From Bacteroidales bacterium UBA5197 (GTDB lineage: Bacteria; Bacteroidota; Bacteroidia; Bacteroidales; Lentimicrobiaceae): 64,000 bases of DNA. Shown here piece after piece: positions 47,948 to 58,361 of this stretch (positions within the stretch are counted from its first letter, which is position 1; each line of letters starts with the position of its first letter). The position numbers and the translations under genes are program-made. The notes beneath the pieces were generated by a model. It was not told the origin of the DNA. It saw only the letters and a program-made list of their open reading frames with translations, and ran no database searches. Location of the stretch: NCBI GenBank assembly GCA_002412885.1, contig DHVX01000042.1:9092-73091 (forward strand), read 5' to 3'.

Positions 47948-48117
47948 TGGCCGGAAGTTATTGTTAAATATCTTAATCGGAAAGTCTTACAAAGGTAAAA
48001 ACTTTGTATTTGGTTATTGTTAACCATCAAAGTTTATTTTTTGGCGGTTGATCCTGTATTTAGTCAGGATGGGAAGTTTTATGCATGAATCCGATTGCGA
48101 ATCTCTACCTTTGCGCC

Positions 48118-49422
48118 ATGATAAAGAATTACTTACAAAATCTGAGTATTGAGGCACTGAATCCTATGCAGGAGCAGTCTCTGTTGCATCTGAAGCCTGG
48201 TGCATCACTTACCCTGATTGCTCCGACCGGTTCAGGAAAAACGCTTGCTTTTTTACTTCCTGTTATTGAAATGCTTGATCCCGTATTGCCGGAAGTTCAG
48301 ACACTGATTCTTACTCCTTCAAGGGAACTTGCCCTGCAGATTGAAGATGTTTTCAAAAAAATGAAAACCGGGATTAAAGTAAATGTGTGTTACGGCGGAC
48401 ATCCTGTAAAAACCGAAGTAAATAACTTCAGAGAGCCCGCTGCAGTGGTGGTTGGCACACCGGGTCGCATGGCGGATCACATTCGCCGCAAAAATTTCGA
48501 TACTTCAAACGTAAGAACGCTGGTTCTTGATGAATTTGATAAATCGCTCGAACTGGGATTCAGCAAAGAAATGGAATACATTGCTCAAAATCTGCCCGGA
48601 ATAAAAACACGGGTACTCACATCAGCAACCACTTTAAATGAAATACCTGAATACATAGGATTCAATAATCCTGTTTTGCTCGATTATACTGAAAATACAG
48701 ACCCTCAGAAGCTTGATGTTTCGGTGCTTAAGGCTGAAGGTGCTGATAAACTTGAACTGTTATTTAAACTTGTCTGCGATTTTAAAGCAGAGCCTGCCCT
48801 TATTTTCTGCAATCACCGCGATGCTGTTGAGCGTATCAGCAGCTTATTGATGATCAAAGGGATAGTTCATGGAGTTTATCATGGAGGACTGGAACAGGAA
48901 GATCGTGAAATGTCGTTGATCCGTTTCCGAAACGGAACCCATCAAACTTTGCTCACCACCGATCTGGGATCACGGGGTCTGGATATTCCTGAAATCAAAC
49001 ATGTGGTTCATTATCAGCTTCCTGCTTCAGAAACCATCTGGACTCACCGCAACGGGCGTACTGCGCGCATGCATGCATCAGGAAGAGCCTGGCTGCTGTT
49101 GGCCGAAGGAGACTATATCCCGAAATTTATCACACCTGCCCCTGAAATATCTGAAATTGAGGATTGTGCAAAGCTTCCCGAGCTTCCGCCCTGGGAAACC
49201 ATTTATCTGGGAGCAGGTAAGAAGCAGAAAGTGAGTAAGGGTGATATAGCCGGTTTGCTTATCCATAAAGGTGGTTTGCTTCCGCAGGACATCGGACGGA
49301 TTGATGTTGCCGATCACTTTTCGTTCGCAGCAGTAAAACGGGAACTGTGTTTAAATCTTGTTGCAACACTCAAAGGTGTTCCACTGAAGAAAAAAGTAGT
49401 TAAAATTGATATTGCAAGGTAG
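48118..49422 (+). CDS. DEAD-box RNA helicase (DbpA-like)
   Basis: PTGSGKT, PSRELA, TPGR, DEFD, SAT, RGLD, HRNGRTAR; C-terminal GKKQKVSKGDIAG. Confidence 0.92.
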   Translation: MIKNYLQNLSIEALNPMQEQSLLHLKPGASLTLIAPTGSGKTLAFLLPVIEMLDPVLPEVQTLILTPSRELALQIEDVFKKMKTGIKVNVCYGGHPVKTEVNNFREPAAVVVGTPGRMADHIRRKNFDTSNVRTLVLDEFDKSLELGFSKEMEYIAQNLPGIKTRVLTSATTLNEIPEYIGFNNPVLLDYTENTDPQKLDVSVLKAEGADKLELLFKLVCDFKAEPALIFCNHRDAVERISSLLMIKGIVHGVYHGGLEQEDREMSLIRFRNGTHQTLLTTDLGSRGLDIPEIKHVVHYQLPASETIWTHRNGRTARMHASGRAWLLLAEGDYIPKFITPAPEISEIEDCAKLPELPPWETIYLGAGKKQKVSKGDIAGLLIHKGGLLPQDIGRIDVADHFSFAAVKRELCLNLVATLKGVPLKKKVVKIDIAR

Positions 49423-49443
49423 TTTGCAATATCGTTTCCAAAT

Positions 49444-49485
49444 AAAAAAGCGAGGTCGATGCCAATAGCACCGACCTCGCTTTTT
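49444..49485. terminator. Bidirectional terminator
   Basis: AAAAAAGCGAGGTCG...CGACCTCGCTTTTT between convergent genes. Confidence 0.88.
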
Positions 49486-49499
49486 ATATGAATTTCAGA

Positions 49500-50582
49500 T
49501 TATTCAGGCATTTTATACACCATCGCATTTACATGCATTCCTGCGCCAACCGAAGCAAACACAAAATGATCGCCGGGGTTCAGGTGATGGTTCTCAATAT
49601 CTTTACCAATAATCAGGTTGTAAAGTATCGGAAGTGTAGCTACTGAGTTGTTGCCAAGCCATGAAATTGTCATAGGCATCGAAAACTCAGGACGTTTGGT
49701 AAAACCATAAAGCTCGTAAAGCCTTGTGACAATGGCTTCGTCCATTTTTTCGTTAGCCTGATGGATAAGTATGCGTTCTATTTTCTCAATGGGAAGGCCG
49801 CTCTTGTCAATGGCAAGTTTGATGGCACCTGGTACAGTTTTCAGGGCATACTCATACAACTTGCGACCGTTCATTTTCAGGTAAAGATTACTTTTATCCT
49901 CAGGGTTGTTCGACCTGTCCATACGAAGCAGGAAGGCTTGTTCCAAAGTATCGGTGCGTGTGGCATGAGTTAATATGCCAACAGGTGTTTCACTTTCAAC
50001 TGCACTTAAAACAACCGCACCCGCTCCGTCAGAATAGATCATGCTGTCGCGGTCGTGAGGGTCGCTGATGCGCGAAAGGGTTTCGGAACCGATAACCAGA
50101 ATATGCTTTGCATCGCCTGACTTTATGTAATAATTGGCCTGAATCATAGCCTGAAGCCATCCCGGGCAACCAAACGGCAGATCGTAAGCAACAGTGAACG
50201 GATTCGCAATGGCCAGCTTATACTTCACTCTGGAAGCAAGTGCAGGGACAAAATCAGAATGTGTTTCGCCATGCCTGACATCCCCAAAGTTATGGGCTAC
50301 AATGATGTAGTCAAGTTCTTCCTTGTCTATTCCGGCATTGGCAATGGCTTTCTCTGCTGCGAAAAAGGCTATATCGGAGCAAACAAACTCATCTTCAACA
50401 TACCTGCGCTCGTCTATTCCCGTAATCTGCTGAAATTTGGAAATGATCTCTTCTCTGGGACGGGTAATTGCTTGCCCATTCGACTCAAGAAATTCGGTAG
50501 TGAGAAAAGCGGAATTGGGAACCAGCTTGGTAGGTATGTAAATTCCTGAGCCAGTTATTGTTGCGTAGATTGATTTTGACAT
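49500..50582 (-). CDS. fabH: 3-oxoacyl-ACP synthase III family protein
   Basis: TGIDERR, catalytic FGCPG, DGAGA, MNGR, HQAN, GN, VGAGM. Confidence 0.88.
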   Translation of the reverse strand: MSKSIYATITGSGIYIPTKLVPNSAFLTTEFLESNGQAITRPREEIISKFQQITGIDERRYVEDEFVCSDIAFFAAEKAIANAGIDKEELDYIIVAHNFGDVRHGETHSDFVPALASRVKYKLAIANPFTVAYDLPFGCPGWLQAMIQANYYIKSGDAKHILVIGSETLSRISDPHDRDSMIYSDGAGAVVLSAVESETPVGILTHATRTDTLEQAFLLRMDRSNNPEDKSNLYLKMNGRKLYEYALKTVPGAIKLAIDKSGLPIEKIERILIHQANEKMDEAIVTRLYELYGFTKRPEFSMPMTISWLGNNSVATLPILYNLIIGKDIENHHLNPGDHFVFASVGAGMHVNAMVYKMPE

Positions 50583-50851
50583 TTTCAAGTTGATTGAGAT
50601 TAAAACCAAAATTTACTACTGTAACTATTTGCGAGTAAACTGCAAAAACTTAAGGAACAAGTCAAAAGTGAACCAATGAATTTTTGCGATGCAAAGATAC
50701 TGCTATTATCAAATTGTTTTAATGATTTTTACTTTTGTCAAGGTTTCTATGCCATTCTGACACTTTATTTAGTTGTGAAATATAGTGTAGTGGCCTGATA
50801 ATCTGAATCTTTAAACTATGATTATTTAATGAAACTGAGCAACAAAATCTC

Positions 50852-51421
50852 TTAATCCTGCAGAGATTTCCCGATTTCCATAATGGAAATAAAATCTTTT
50901 CCAGGCTGCGAAACGGATTTATAATAGAGTTGTTTGGCAAAATCAACGAATGTATGGGTTTCGCTAAGCCGCAGGTAGGAGGGATTCAGGTCGTTTTCAC
51001 CCAATCTTATCCGGTCAAGGGCATCCGCATCTTTCAGAATGGCAACGGTGTACCAATCTGGATCGTTTGCCGGAAGTTCATTGCCGAGCGAGTGCATTGT
51101 GGTGGCTTTGCCGATAATGAACAGGTCGTTGAGACTTGCCCCGTTCTGCTGAAACAATGATTTGTAAAGCGGAAGTTTCAGATTGGCTGCATCTGTGCCA
51201 TGTTGTGTGCAATATCCATCGTGTTTGCGGGCCATATCGTGAATGTAGGCAGCAAAAAATGCGTTTCTTGCTTCTGTAATTCTTCCTGTGAGCTCTCCAA
51301 GCCTCAGTACATGTGCCATAACTCTGTATGTATGCAAAACCCCATGCAGCCGGCTTGGATGATCAAACTGGCTTTCATTGAGGTTAAATTCAGAGAAGGG
51401 TAATACAAGCTGAGTTTTCAT
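50852..51421 (-). CDS. HD-domain phosphohydrolase
   Basis: HGVLHTYRV, IHDMAR, HG, HS, DADALDRIR. Confidence 0.78.
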   Translation of the reverse strand: MKTQLVLPFSEFNLNESQFDHPSRLHGVLHTYRVMAHVLRLGELTGRITEARNAFFAAYIHDMARKHDGYCTQHGTDAANLKLPLYKSLFQQNGASLNDLFIIGKATTMHSLGNELPANDPDWYTVAILKDADALDRIRLGENDLNPSYLRLSETHTFVDFAKQLYYKSVSQPGKDFISIMEIGKSLQD

Positions 51422-51460
51422 AAGTCATGGAGTTCATTTGAAGGCTAATTCATTCTTAAG

Positions 51461-52108
51461 CTAGTTGGGGACAATTCCCAGCATTGATTGCACTATCGGC
51501 CTTAGTCCCGCAAAGAAAAATTCCACAGCAATTACCATCATAATTAGTCCCATCAGTTTCATAAGGATTTTATTGCCGGTTTCGCCCAGCAGGCGGATAA
51601 TTTTACCGGCTCCAAGCAGCACAATGTAGGTTATAAGCAAGGTTACCACAATTGAGAGAATCAGAATCATTTTTAGCTGAAATGAGTGGCTGTCCTCCAT
51701 CAGCACAATGGAGTTGGTGATGGCACCGGGACCGGCAATCATCGGAATTGCCAGCGGAGTAACCGAAATATCATCAACATACTTCTTCACCATATCATCA
51801 TCCATCTTTATTTTGCTGATTCTTGCATGAAGCATATCAAAACCCATGATGAAGAAGATAATACCACCCACAATCCTGAATCCATTCACTGAAATGCCAA
51901 AAAATTTAAACAGCAACTGTCCGCCAAACGCAAACATCAGCAAAATGATGAATGCTGTAATTACAGCCTTGAGTGCTGTTCTTTTTCTTTGTTTTTCCGA
52001 AATATCGGCAGTCATGGTCATAAAAACAGGCATAACCCCAAGTGGATTTATGATCGCAAAAAAAGAAGTAAAGAAGAGCAGTGCGGTGGTGAAAAGTTCG
52101 TGACTCAT
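51461..52108 (-). CDS. MarC-family membrane protein
   Basis: INPLG..PVF, FRIVGG, PLAIPMIAGPG, KLMGLI. Confidence 0.92.
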   Translation of the reverse strand: MSHELFTTALLFFTSFFAIINPLGVMPVFMTMTADISEKQRKRTALKAVITAFIILLMFAFGGQLLFKFFGISVNGFRIVGGIIFFIMGFDMLHARISKIKMDDDMVKKYVDDISVTPLAIPMIAGPGAITNSIVLMEDSHSFQLKMILILSIVVTLLITYIVLLGAGKIIRLLGETGNKILMKLMGLIMMVIAVEFFFAGLRPIVQSMLGIVPN

Positions 52109-52124
52109 GGCATGAAGTTGTAAA

Positions 52125-52152
52125 ACCTGCCGGATTTATAGACCCGGCAGGC
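52125..52152 (-). terminator. Probable terminator after ftcD
   Basis: CCTGCCGG...CCGGCAGG hairpin with TTTT on the minus strand. Confidence 0.6.
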
Positions 52153-52162
52153 TTATTAAGAT

Positions 52163-53851
52163 TTATATGCTGATTTTACTGTTAACGATAGCCAGAATTG
52201 CTGTTTCAGCTTCGCACGCTTTGCGTTCTATTTCAGCACCTTTGTTCAACACAGAGTTTACAAAGTCTTTGTCGTTGAGGCCTGAAGCATTGATTTTTAC
52301 ATTCAGAAATGCACCCATAACTGCTGATCTTACGGCCAAAGCACCAACTCCGGCATCTGATACTGAATTTGGGTTTCCTGTTTCGGCCATTGCTTTCAGG
52401 ATTTCCATGGCTGCAAATGATTTTTCCATGACTTTGAAAGGAATTTCAATGGCATATTTGGTTGCTTCCTGAATGGCAGCGGTACGTGCAGCTTTTTCAG
52501 CATCGTTTCCTTTTGGAAGTCCGAATGCATCCATTATCTTGTTGAAAGCATTGGTGTCTTCATCCACCAGGTGAATCAGTTCATCTTTTAATTTCTGACC
52601 TTTTTCTGCCCAATCGGAAAACTCTTCCCAGCGATCGTCCCATCCAGCTTTGTGCGATGAAAGGTTGGCAACCATAGTACCGAGCGAAATGCCCAGAGCG
52701 CCCATATAGGCTGAGATTGACCCTCCGCCGGGAGCCGGTGATTCTGAAGCAGTTTCATCAGCAAAGCCTGCACAGGTCATGTCCATCAGTTTTTTTGATG
52801 AATTATCGCGAAGCACATACTCAATGATTTTCTCTTCGGGATTAAAAGGTTTCAAATCATCAAGTCCGAGCGATTTAACTGCAATTTTAATCAGCTCTGC
52901 TTCCGAAACACCCACCGAACGGTTTTGTTTTTTCAGGAAATACTTGCCGGCATCTGTGAAAACCTTAAGCGGAGCAAGTCCCACCAGTTCAGAACCGGTA
53001 ACCCTCATTCCACGGTCGTGCGCCTTTTTGCAGGATTCTTCGAATGCCACATGAACCGGAGTAATACTGATGTTGGTGAGGTTGATTGAAACCTGCGCAA
53101 TTCCGTATTCTTCAATAAACCAGCCAATGGCTTTGCAGGCTTTTAATGAACCGGGAATATTGATCTGATTGCCTTTTTCATCTTTCATAATTTTTCCGGT
53201 CACCTGATTGCCTTCGCGCATGGGCCGGCCTTTTTCACGAATATCGAAAGCCACGGCATTTGCCCTGCGTGTAGAAGTCGTGTTGAGGTTGATGTTGTAA
53301 GCCACCAGAAAATCACGAGCACCTACTGCAATGGCGCCGGTTTTTGGCAGAAATTCGGCAGGTCCGAAATCGGGTTTCCATGCAGCATCGCTGAGCTTGT
53401 TGGGAAGTCCTTCGTACTCACCTGAGCGGCAGTTGGCCAGATTGCGGCGAACCGGGGTTTTTGCTGCATCTTCGTAGCAATAAACCGGAATGCCAAGTTC
53501 GGTGCCTATGCGTTCGGCAAGTTTGTGCGCGAATTTTACAGTTTCTTCCATGCTTATGTTGGCAATGGGAACCAGCGGACAAACATCAGTTGCGCCAAAA
53601 CGGGGATGAGCACCTGAATGTTTACTCATGTCAATGACTTCCATGGCTTTTTTTACCGCCCTGAAAGCAGCTTCTATTACCTGTTCGGGCTCACCGGCAA
53701 TGGTAACAACGGTACGGTTGGTTGCTGCACCCGGATCAACATCCAGCAACTGGACTCCGTCAACGGTTTTAATCTGATCAGTAATCTGCTGAATTACAGC
53801 CATGTCGCGTCCTTCGCTGAAATTGGGAACGCATTCGATAATCTGTTTCAT
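52163..53851 (-). CDS. ftcD: Bifunctional glutamate formimidoyltransferase / cyclodeaminase
   Basis: ECVPNFSEGRD, HPRFGATDVCP, GARDFLVAYN, PAPGGGS, GNPNSVSDAGV. Confidence 0.95.
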   Translation of the reverse strand: MKQIIECVPNFSEGRDMAVIQQITDQIKTVDGVQLLDVDPGAATNRTVVTIAGEPEQVIEAAFRAVKKAMEVIDMSKHSGAHPRFGATDVCPLVPIANISMEETVKFAHKLAERIGTELGIPVYCYEDAAKTPVRRNLANCRSGEYEGLPNKLSDAAWKPDFGPAEFLPKTGAIAVGARDFLVAYNINLNTTSTRRANAVAFDIREKGRPMREGNQVTGKIMKDEKGNQINIPGSLKACKAIGWFIEEYGIAQVSINLTNISITPVHVAFEESCKKAHDRGMRVTGSELVGLAPLKVFTDAGKYFLKKQNRSVGVSEAELIKIAVKSLGLDDLKPFNPEEKIIEYVLRDNSSKKLMDMTCAGFADETASESPAPGGGSISAYMGALGISLGTMVANLSSHKAGWDDRWEEFSDWAEKGQKLKDELIHLVDEDTNAFNKIMDAFGLPKGNDAEKAARTAAIQEATKYAIEIPFKVMEKSFAAMEILKAMAETGNPNSVSDAGVGALAVRSAVMGAFLNVKINASGLNDKDFVNSVLNKGAEIERKACEAETAILAIVNSKISI

Positions 53852-53988
53852 TATTTTTTGAGTTATTGTGTTTGTTAAACTTTTTGTTGGCCAGAGGTCA
53901 ATGCATCAAAAATCAAAGAATTTGACTATTAACGACTTAAATCATTTTTTTACGTCAATTTCTAAATTCTGATCTGTTGTTTTTACAA

Positions 53989-55254
53989 TCAAAAGGAAAC
54001 TATTGCGCCGTTTAGGATTGCAGTTTCGACTTTATTGCTGCCGTAAGCATACGGCATAAACTCCATGGTTGATATGGGTTTGGTGATGAAAAAGTTGGCT
54101 TTTTTTCCAACGGCAATGCTGCCATACTGATCGCTGATGCCCATGGCGTATGCACCATTGATTGTGCAGGCATTCAAAGCTTCCTTCGGAGTCATTCTGA
54201 ACATAATGCAACCCATCGAAAGTATAAGTTGCATGTTGCCCGAAGGGGAGGAGCCCGGGTTGAAATCGCTGGCCAGCGCAATCGGCAAACCGGCTTCTAT
54301 CATTTTGCGGGCCGGGGCATGAACCATATTCAGAAAAAATGCAGCACCCGGAAGGAGCGTGGGCATGGTTTCTGAACCCAGCAGCGTTGCAATCTCATCG
54401 TCACCGGTAAATTCCAGATGATCCACCGAAAGGGCATTATATTTTACACCAACCTGAATTCCTCCAGAATAATCCAGCTCATTGGCATGGATTTTCGGTC
54501 TCATGCCATATTTCATGCCAGCCATCAGTATGCGTTCGGTGTCATCAGGCGTAAAAAATCCGCGATCGCAGAACACATCAATAAAATCAGCAAGATTGGC
54601 AGACGCAACCTGTGGTATCATTTCGTTGATAATCAGGTCAACATATTCGTCTTGCTTGCCTTTGTAATCAGCCGGAACAGCATGTGCTCCCAGAAATGTG
54701 GATTTTATAGTCAATGGACTGAGCATTTTCAGGCGGTGAATAACGCGCAGCATTTTCATTTCATCCTGAGTATTCAGACCATAACCGCTTTTGATTTCAA
54801 CAGCACCGGTACCGTATCGTATAATTTCGTTAAGGCGTTCCAGTGCCTGTTCCACAAGTTCTTCCTCCGAAGTATCGTGAAGTCGCTGGGCTGAATTAAG
54901 AATGCCTCCGCCGCGTTTGGCTATTTCTTCGTATGAAAGTCCTTTTATTTTGTCAACGTACTCAATCTCACGGCTTCCCGCATACACCAAGTGGGTATGC
55001 GAATCGCAGAATGAGGGAAATACCATCCGGCCTCGGGCATCAATTACCTTTATTCCTTCCTCATCAAAAAGACTGCTGTCTAATTCGCTCATCAAACCAT
55101 ACGAAGAGATCTGACTTCCCTCGGTTAAAAGGTAAGCATCGTCAATCCGGTTCCATTCCGACATTTTTTTACCAGCCACTAATCGGGTTTCTAAACTGCC
55201 GATCCCGTTAAGAGTTTTGATGTTTGTAATCAGTAATCTATTGGTATTGTTCAT
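53989..55254 (-). CDS. hutI: Imidazolonepropionase
   Basis: DSHTHLVYAG, GGGILNS, EIKSGYGL, GAHA, DVFC, SVDHLE, SDFNPGSSP. Confidence 0.96.
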   Translation of the reverse strand: MNNTNRLLITNIKTLNGIGSLETRLVAGKKMSEWNRIDDAYLLTEGSQISSYGLMSELDSSLFDEEGIKVIDARGRMVFPSFCDSHTHLVYAGSREIEYVDKIKGLSYEEIAKRGGGILNSAQRLHDTSEEELVEQALERLNEIIRYGTGAVEIKSGYGLNTQDEMKMLRVIHRLKMLSPLTIKSTFLGAHAVPADYKGKQDEYVDLIINEMIPQVASANLADFIDVFCDRGFFTPDDTERILMAGMKYGMRPKIHANELDYSGGIQVGVKYNALSVDHLEFTGDDEIATLLGSETMPTLLPGAAFFLNMVHAPARKMIEAGLPIALASDFNPGSSPSGNMQLILSMGCIMFRMTPKEALNACTINGAYAMGISDQYGSIAVGKKANFFITKPISTMEFMPYAYGSNKVETAILNGAIVSF

Positions 55255-55580
55255 AATAAAGCCTCCGGATTTTGATTTAGAAGTGTTGCAAAGGTATTAA
55301 TTTAGGTCTTTATCAGATTAGTTTTTTAAAACGATTGTTATATATGGTTTCCGATCGATTATTGAAGTTGCTGATTGATTTTTAGTTCTGCAATGGGTTT
55401 TTTATTAATTTTGTCACAGGAAACTTTAAAAATCCCTGCTTCTAATTGATTGAGTTGTCATCAGCCAAGCAACTTTTTTTTGCTTAAATGGTTAATAATT
55501 CTGATCCGACAAACTCCTGATATTGAAATCGATCCATGAACTCAGGAATTTTCAACCCATTTATCAATCTAACACAGCTT

Positions 55581-58262
55581 ATGAAAACAATTTTTCACTC
55601 TGAAACTTCAACGTTTAAAAGTTTTGCGCTACTGGCTTTGCTCGTATTTGCAGGTACTTTTGGCTTAATGGCACAAAATTTTGAGAGGGATTACCAGGAC
55701 GGGCGTCTTTACTTCAAATTTAAGGACAATGTAAATCTGAATATTTCTGTTCGGAGCGATAACAGCGTTGCCATTGAGGATATTCCATTCATTGCTGATC
55801 TTCAATCCGTTTATCGGCTGAAAAGCCTTGAGCGTCCTTTCGATTTAAATCAGGATAGCAAATTGCTCCGCACTTTCATGCTTGAGATTGAGGACATTGC
55901 GCTGATCAATCAGGTGCTTCAGGAATTGCAGATTGAGCCTGACCTCGAGTATGTTGAGAAAGTTCCGATGGATTACATCCATTATGTGCCCAATGATACA
56001 TTGTACAATATGTACAACGGACCCAGCAACTGGAACTGGCATATGGATGTAATTAAGGCCGAACAAGCCTGGGACATTACAAAAGGTTCATCTGATATAA
56101 AAGTAGCCATTGTTGACAATGCAGTTTGGGTTGATCACCCCGATCTGGCAAGTAAAATTGTACTTCAGCGCGATACTTATTATAATACCAACAATGCAAA
56201 TCCACCAACAACCGGCGATCCTTTCGACTGGTCGCACGGAACCCATTGCGCTGGTCTGGCAGCAGCCATTACCGATAATGGAACCGGAATTTCAGCCATT
56301 GGTTTTAACGTGAGTATTATTGCTGTAAAAGCTGCGAATAACAGCAATCCAAACGGCATCTATGGTTATCCCGGTATTCAGTGGGCTGCAAACAATGGTG
56401 CTGATGTTATCAATATGTCATGGGGTGGTCCGGGTTACTCGGCAACCAACCAAAATCTGATCAATACCATTACAAATATGGGAGTTGTGCTTCTGGCTTC
56501 AGCCGGCAACGACAATGTGTCCAGTACGCATTACCCTTCAGGATACAACAATGTAATTTCAATTGCTTCTACCAATTCAGATGACCGGAAAAGCGATTTT
56601 TCCAATTATGGAACTGCCATAGATTTATGTGCTCCGGGAGGAATCAGCACCACAGGTCCTTCAGGATTGTTAAGCACTACCTACAATTCAAACACCTACG
56701 GATATTACGATCTGATGGCCGGTACTTCAATGGCTACACCGGTTGCAGTTGGTTTGGTCGGACTTATTCTTTCAATAAATCCGGCGCTGACACCTGCTCA
56801 GGTCGAAACCATTCTCAAAACAACTGCCGACAACATTGAAGCTTTAAATCCTGATTATGCAGGACAGCTTGGATCAGGACGTATTAACGCATATCAGGCC
56901 GTACTGAATACACCTTTTCAGCCTACCGCCAATTTCAGCACTCCGGTTACAACCATATTTCCCGGCGGAGGAGTTGATTTTACTGATCTGTCAACCGGCG
57001 TTCCTTCAACCTGGCAATGGACATTTCAGGGAGGAACCCCCGCATCATCATCGGTTGCCAATCCAACCAACATAAAGTTCAATTCACCCGGTGTTTACGA
57101 TGTTACACTCACTGTAACCAATCAGTTCGGAACCCATACTCTTGTACTCGAAGACTATATCACCGCAACCAATACACCTGCACCTTATGTAGGTTTTACG
57201 GTATCAGACCAAACTCCTTGTATTCAGGATGTTGTTGTGATGAACGATCTTTCGCTTTATAGCCCGACAAGCTGGTCGTGGACAATAACACCTGATCATT
57301 TTGAATTTGTCAACGGAACAAGCAGTACCTCGCAGAATCCACAGATTCAGTTTATGATTCCAGGCTTATACTCTGTTGGTTTTACAGCCACCAATGCAAA
57401 CGGGTCCAACTCTGTAACCGAAACCGACTTTATCGATGTTTATGGAGCCGTACCTTCATATACCGTTGATATGGAAGACGGAACTTCGGGCTACTTTATG
57501 GTATGGGATACAGTAAAATCACAGTCAAAAATTGATGCACGTTCCGCTTACCAAAGTAACTTCGGCATTCATTTTCATGGCGATCCGGTTCCAACCGGAT
57601 GGTCAGGAAGCCCTACAACAGGCACTGCAACCCAGGCTTGGGAAAGCAATCTGGGCTTCCATGGCAAAGTGCATATTTGCGGCGTTGATGGAAATGATCT
57701 CAACAATATTGCCCTCTCATTCGATCTTCGCCAGACATATTCCCTCGGCCCCCGCTTCAGCTGGTTCAGGGTTCTGGTAAATGGCGAACAGGTTGCTGAT
57801 ATAAATGGAAACACTGATTTTAATCCGGTTACTGCTGCAGCTGACCCATGGACAAGGTTAACTTTTGACCTTTCGGCTTATGCAGGAACCGTTTTCGATG
57901 TAACTCTTCAGTCAGCTACCCGTTTTTCAGATAAAACGCAGGGAGAAGGTGATAATGTATTTATCGACAATATCAGCATCACCAACACCACCAGCACCAA
58001 ACCTTCAGCTCAGAAATCTTCGGGTTTCAAGGTTTATCCCAACCCTTCTGACGGCAGGTTTACCATCGCCTCTGATAAACTTGAAGGTACTTATAACATC
58101 AAAGTTTTGTCGCTCCTCGGAAATTCAGTTTACTCAGTTTCAGGTGATTCAAATGGTCGTTTGATGAGAGCTATTGATCTCAGCCATCTGCCTGCAGGAG
58201 TCTATCTGATTAACATTTCGAATGAGAACCAGAATTTCAATCAAAGGATCATCATACGATAA
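55581..58262 (+). CDS. T9SS-secreted subtilisin-like (S8) serine protease with PKD domains
   Basis: Catalytic VAIVD, HGTHCAG, GTSMATP; two PKD repeats (FTDLST..WQWTF); YPNPS CTD. Confidence 0.93.
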   Translation: MKTIFHSETSTFKSFALLALLVFAGTFGLMAQNFERDYQDGRLYFKFKDNVNLNISVRSDNSVAIEDIPFIADLQSVYRLKSLERPFDLNQDSKLLRTFMLEIEDIALINQVLQELQIEPDLEYVEKVPMDYIHYVPNDTLYNMYNGPSNWNWHMDVIKAEQAWDITKGSSDIKVAIVDNAVWVDHPDLASKIVLQRDTYYNTNNANPPTTGDPFDWSHGTHCAGLAAAITDNGTGISAIGFNVSIIAVKAANNSNPNGIYGYPGIQWAANNGADVINMSWGGPGYSATNQNLINTITNMGVVLLASAGNDNVSSTHYPSGYNNVISIASTNSDDRKSDFSNYGTAIDLCAPGGISTTGPSGLLSTTYNSNTYGYYDLMAGTSMATPVAVGLVGLILSINPALTPAQVETILKTTADNIEALNPDYAGQLGSGRINAYQAVLNTPFQPTANFSTPVTTIFPGGGVDFTDLSTGVPSTWQWTFQGGTPASSSVANPTNIKFNSPGVYDVTLTVTNQFGTHTLVLEDYITATNTPAPYVGFTVSDQTPCIQDVVVMNDLSLYSPTSWSWTITPDHFEFVNGTSSTSQNPQIQFMIPGLYSVGFTATNANGSNSVTETDFIDVYGAVPSYTVDMEDGTSGYFMVWDTVKSQSKIDARSAYQSNFGIHFHGDPVPTGWSGSPTTGTATQAWESNLGFHGKVHICGVDGNDLNNIALSFDLRQTYSLGPRFSWFRVLVNGEQVADINGNTDFNPVTAAADPWTRLTFDLSAYAGTVFDVTLQSATRFSDKTQGEGDNVFIDNISITNTTSTKPSAQKSSGFKVYPNPSDGRFTIASDKLEGTYNIKVLSLLGNSVYSVSGDSNGRLMRAIDLSHLPAGVYLINISNENQNFNQRIIIR

Positions 58263-58283
58263 GCTTATTTAAAATCATTCTAA

Positions 58284-58322
58284 ATGCCTCTGCCTTTTGT
58301 AAAGTGCAGGGGCATTTTTTTT
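58284..58322 (+). terminator. Intrinsic terminator
   Basis: ATGCCTCTGC...GCAGGGGCAT followed by a T-run. Confidence 0.75.
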
Positions 58323-58361
58323 ACTTTTGGCGCCAATCTATTCATTCCCAAAATATTTCTG

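Noticed and set aside
50719..50946. 75-aa ORF and AT-rich patch between fabH and the HD gene
   Set aside because: Overlaps the HD gene; no recognisable motif.
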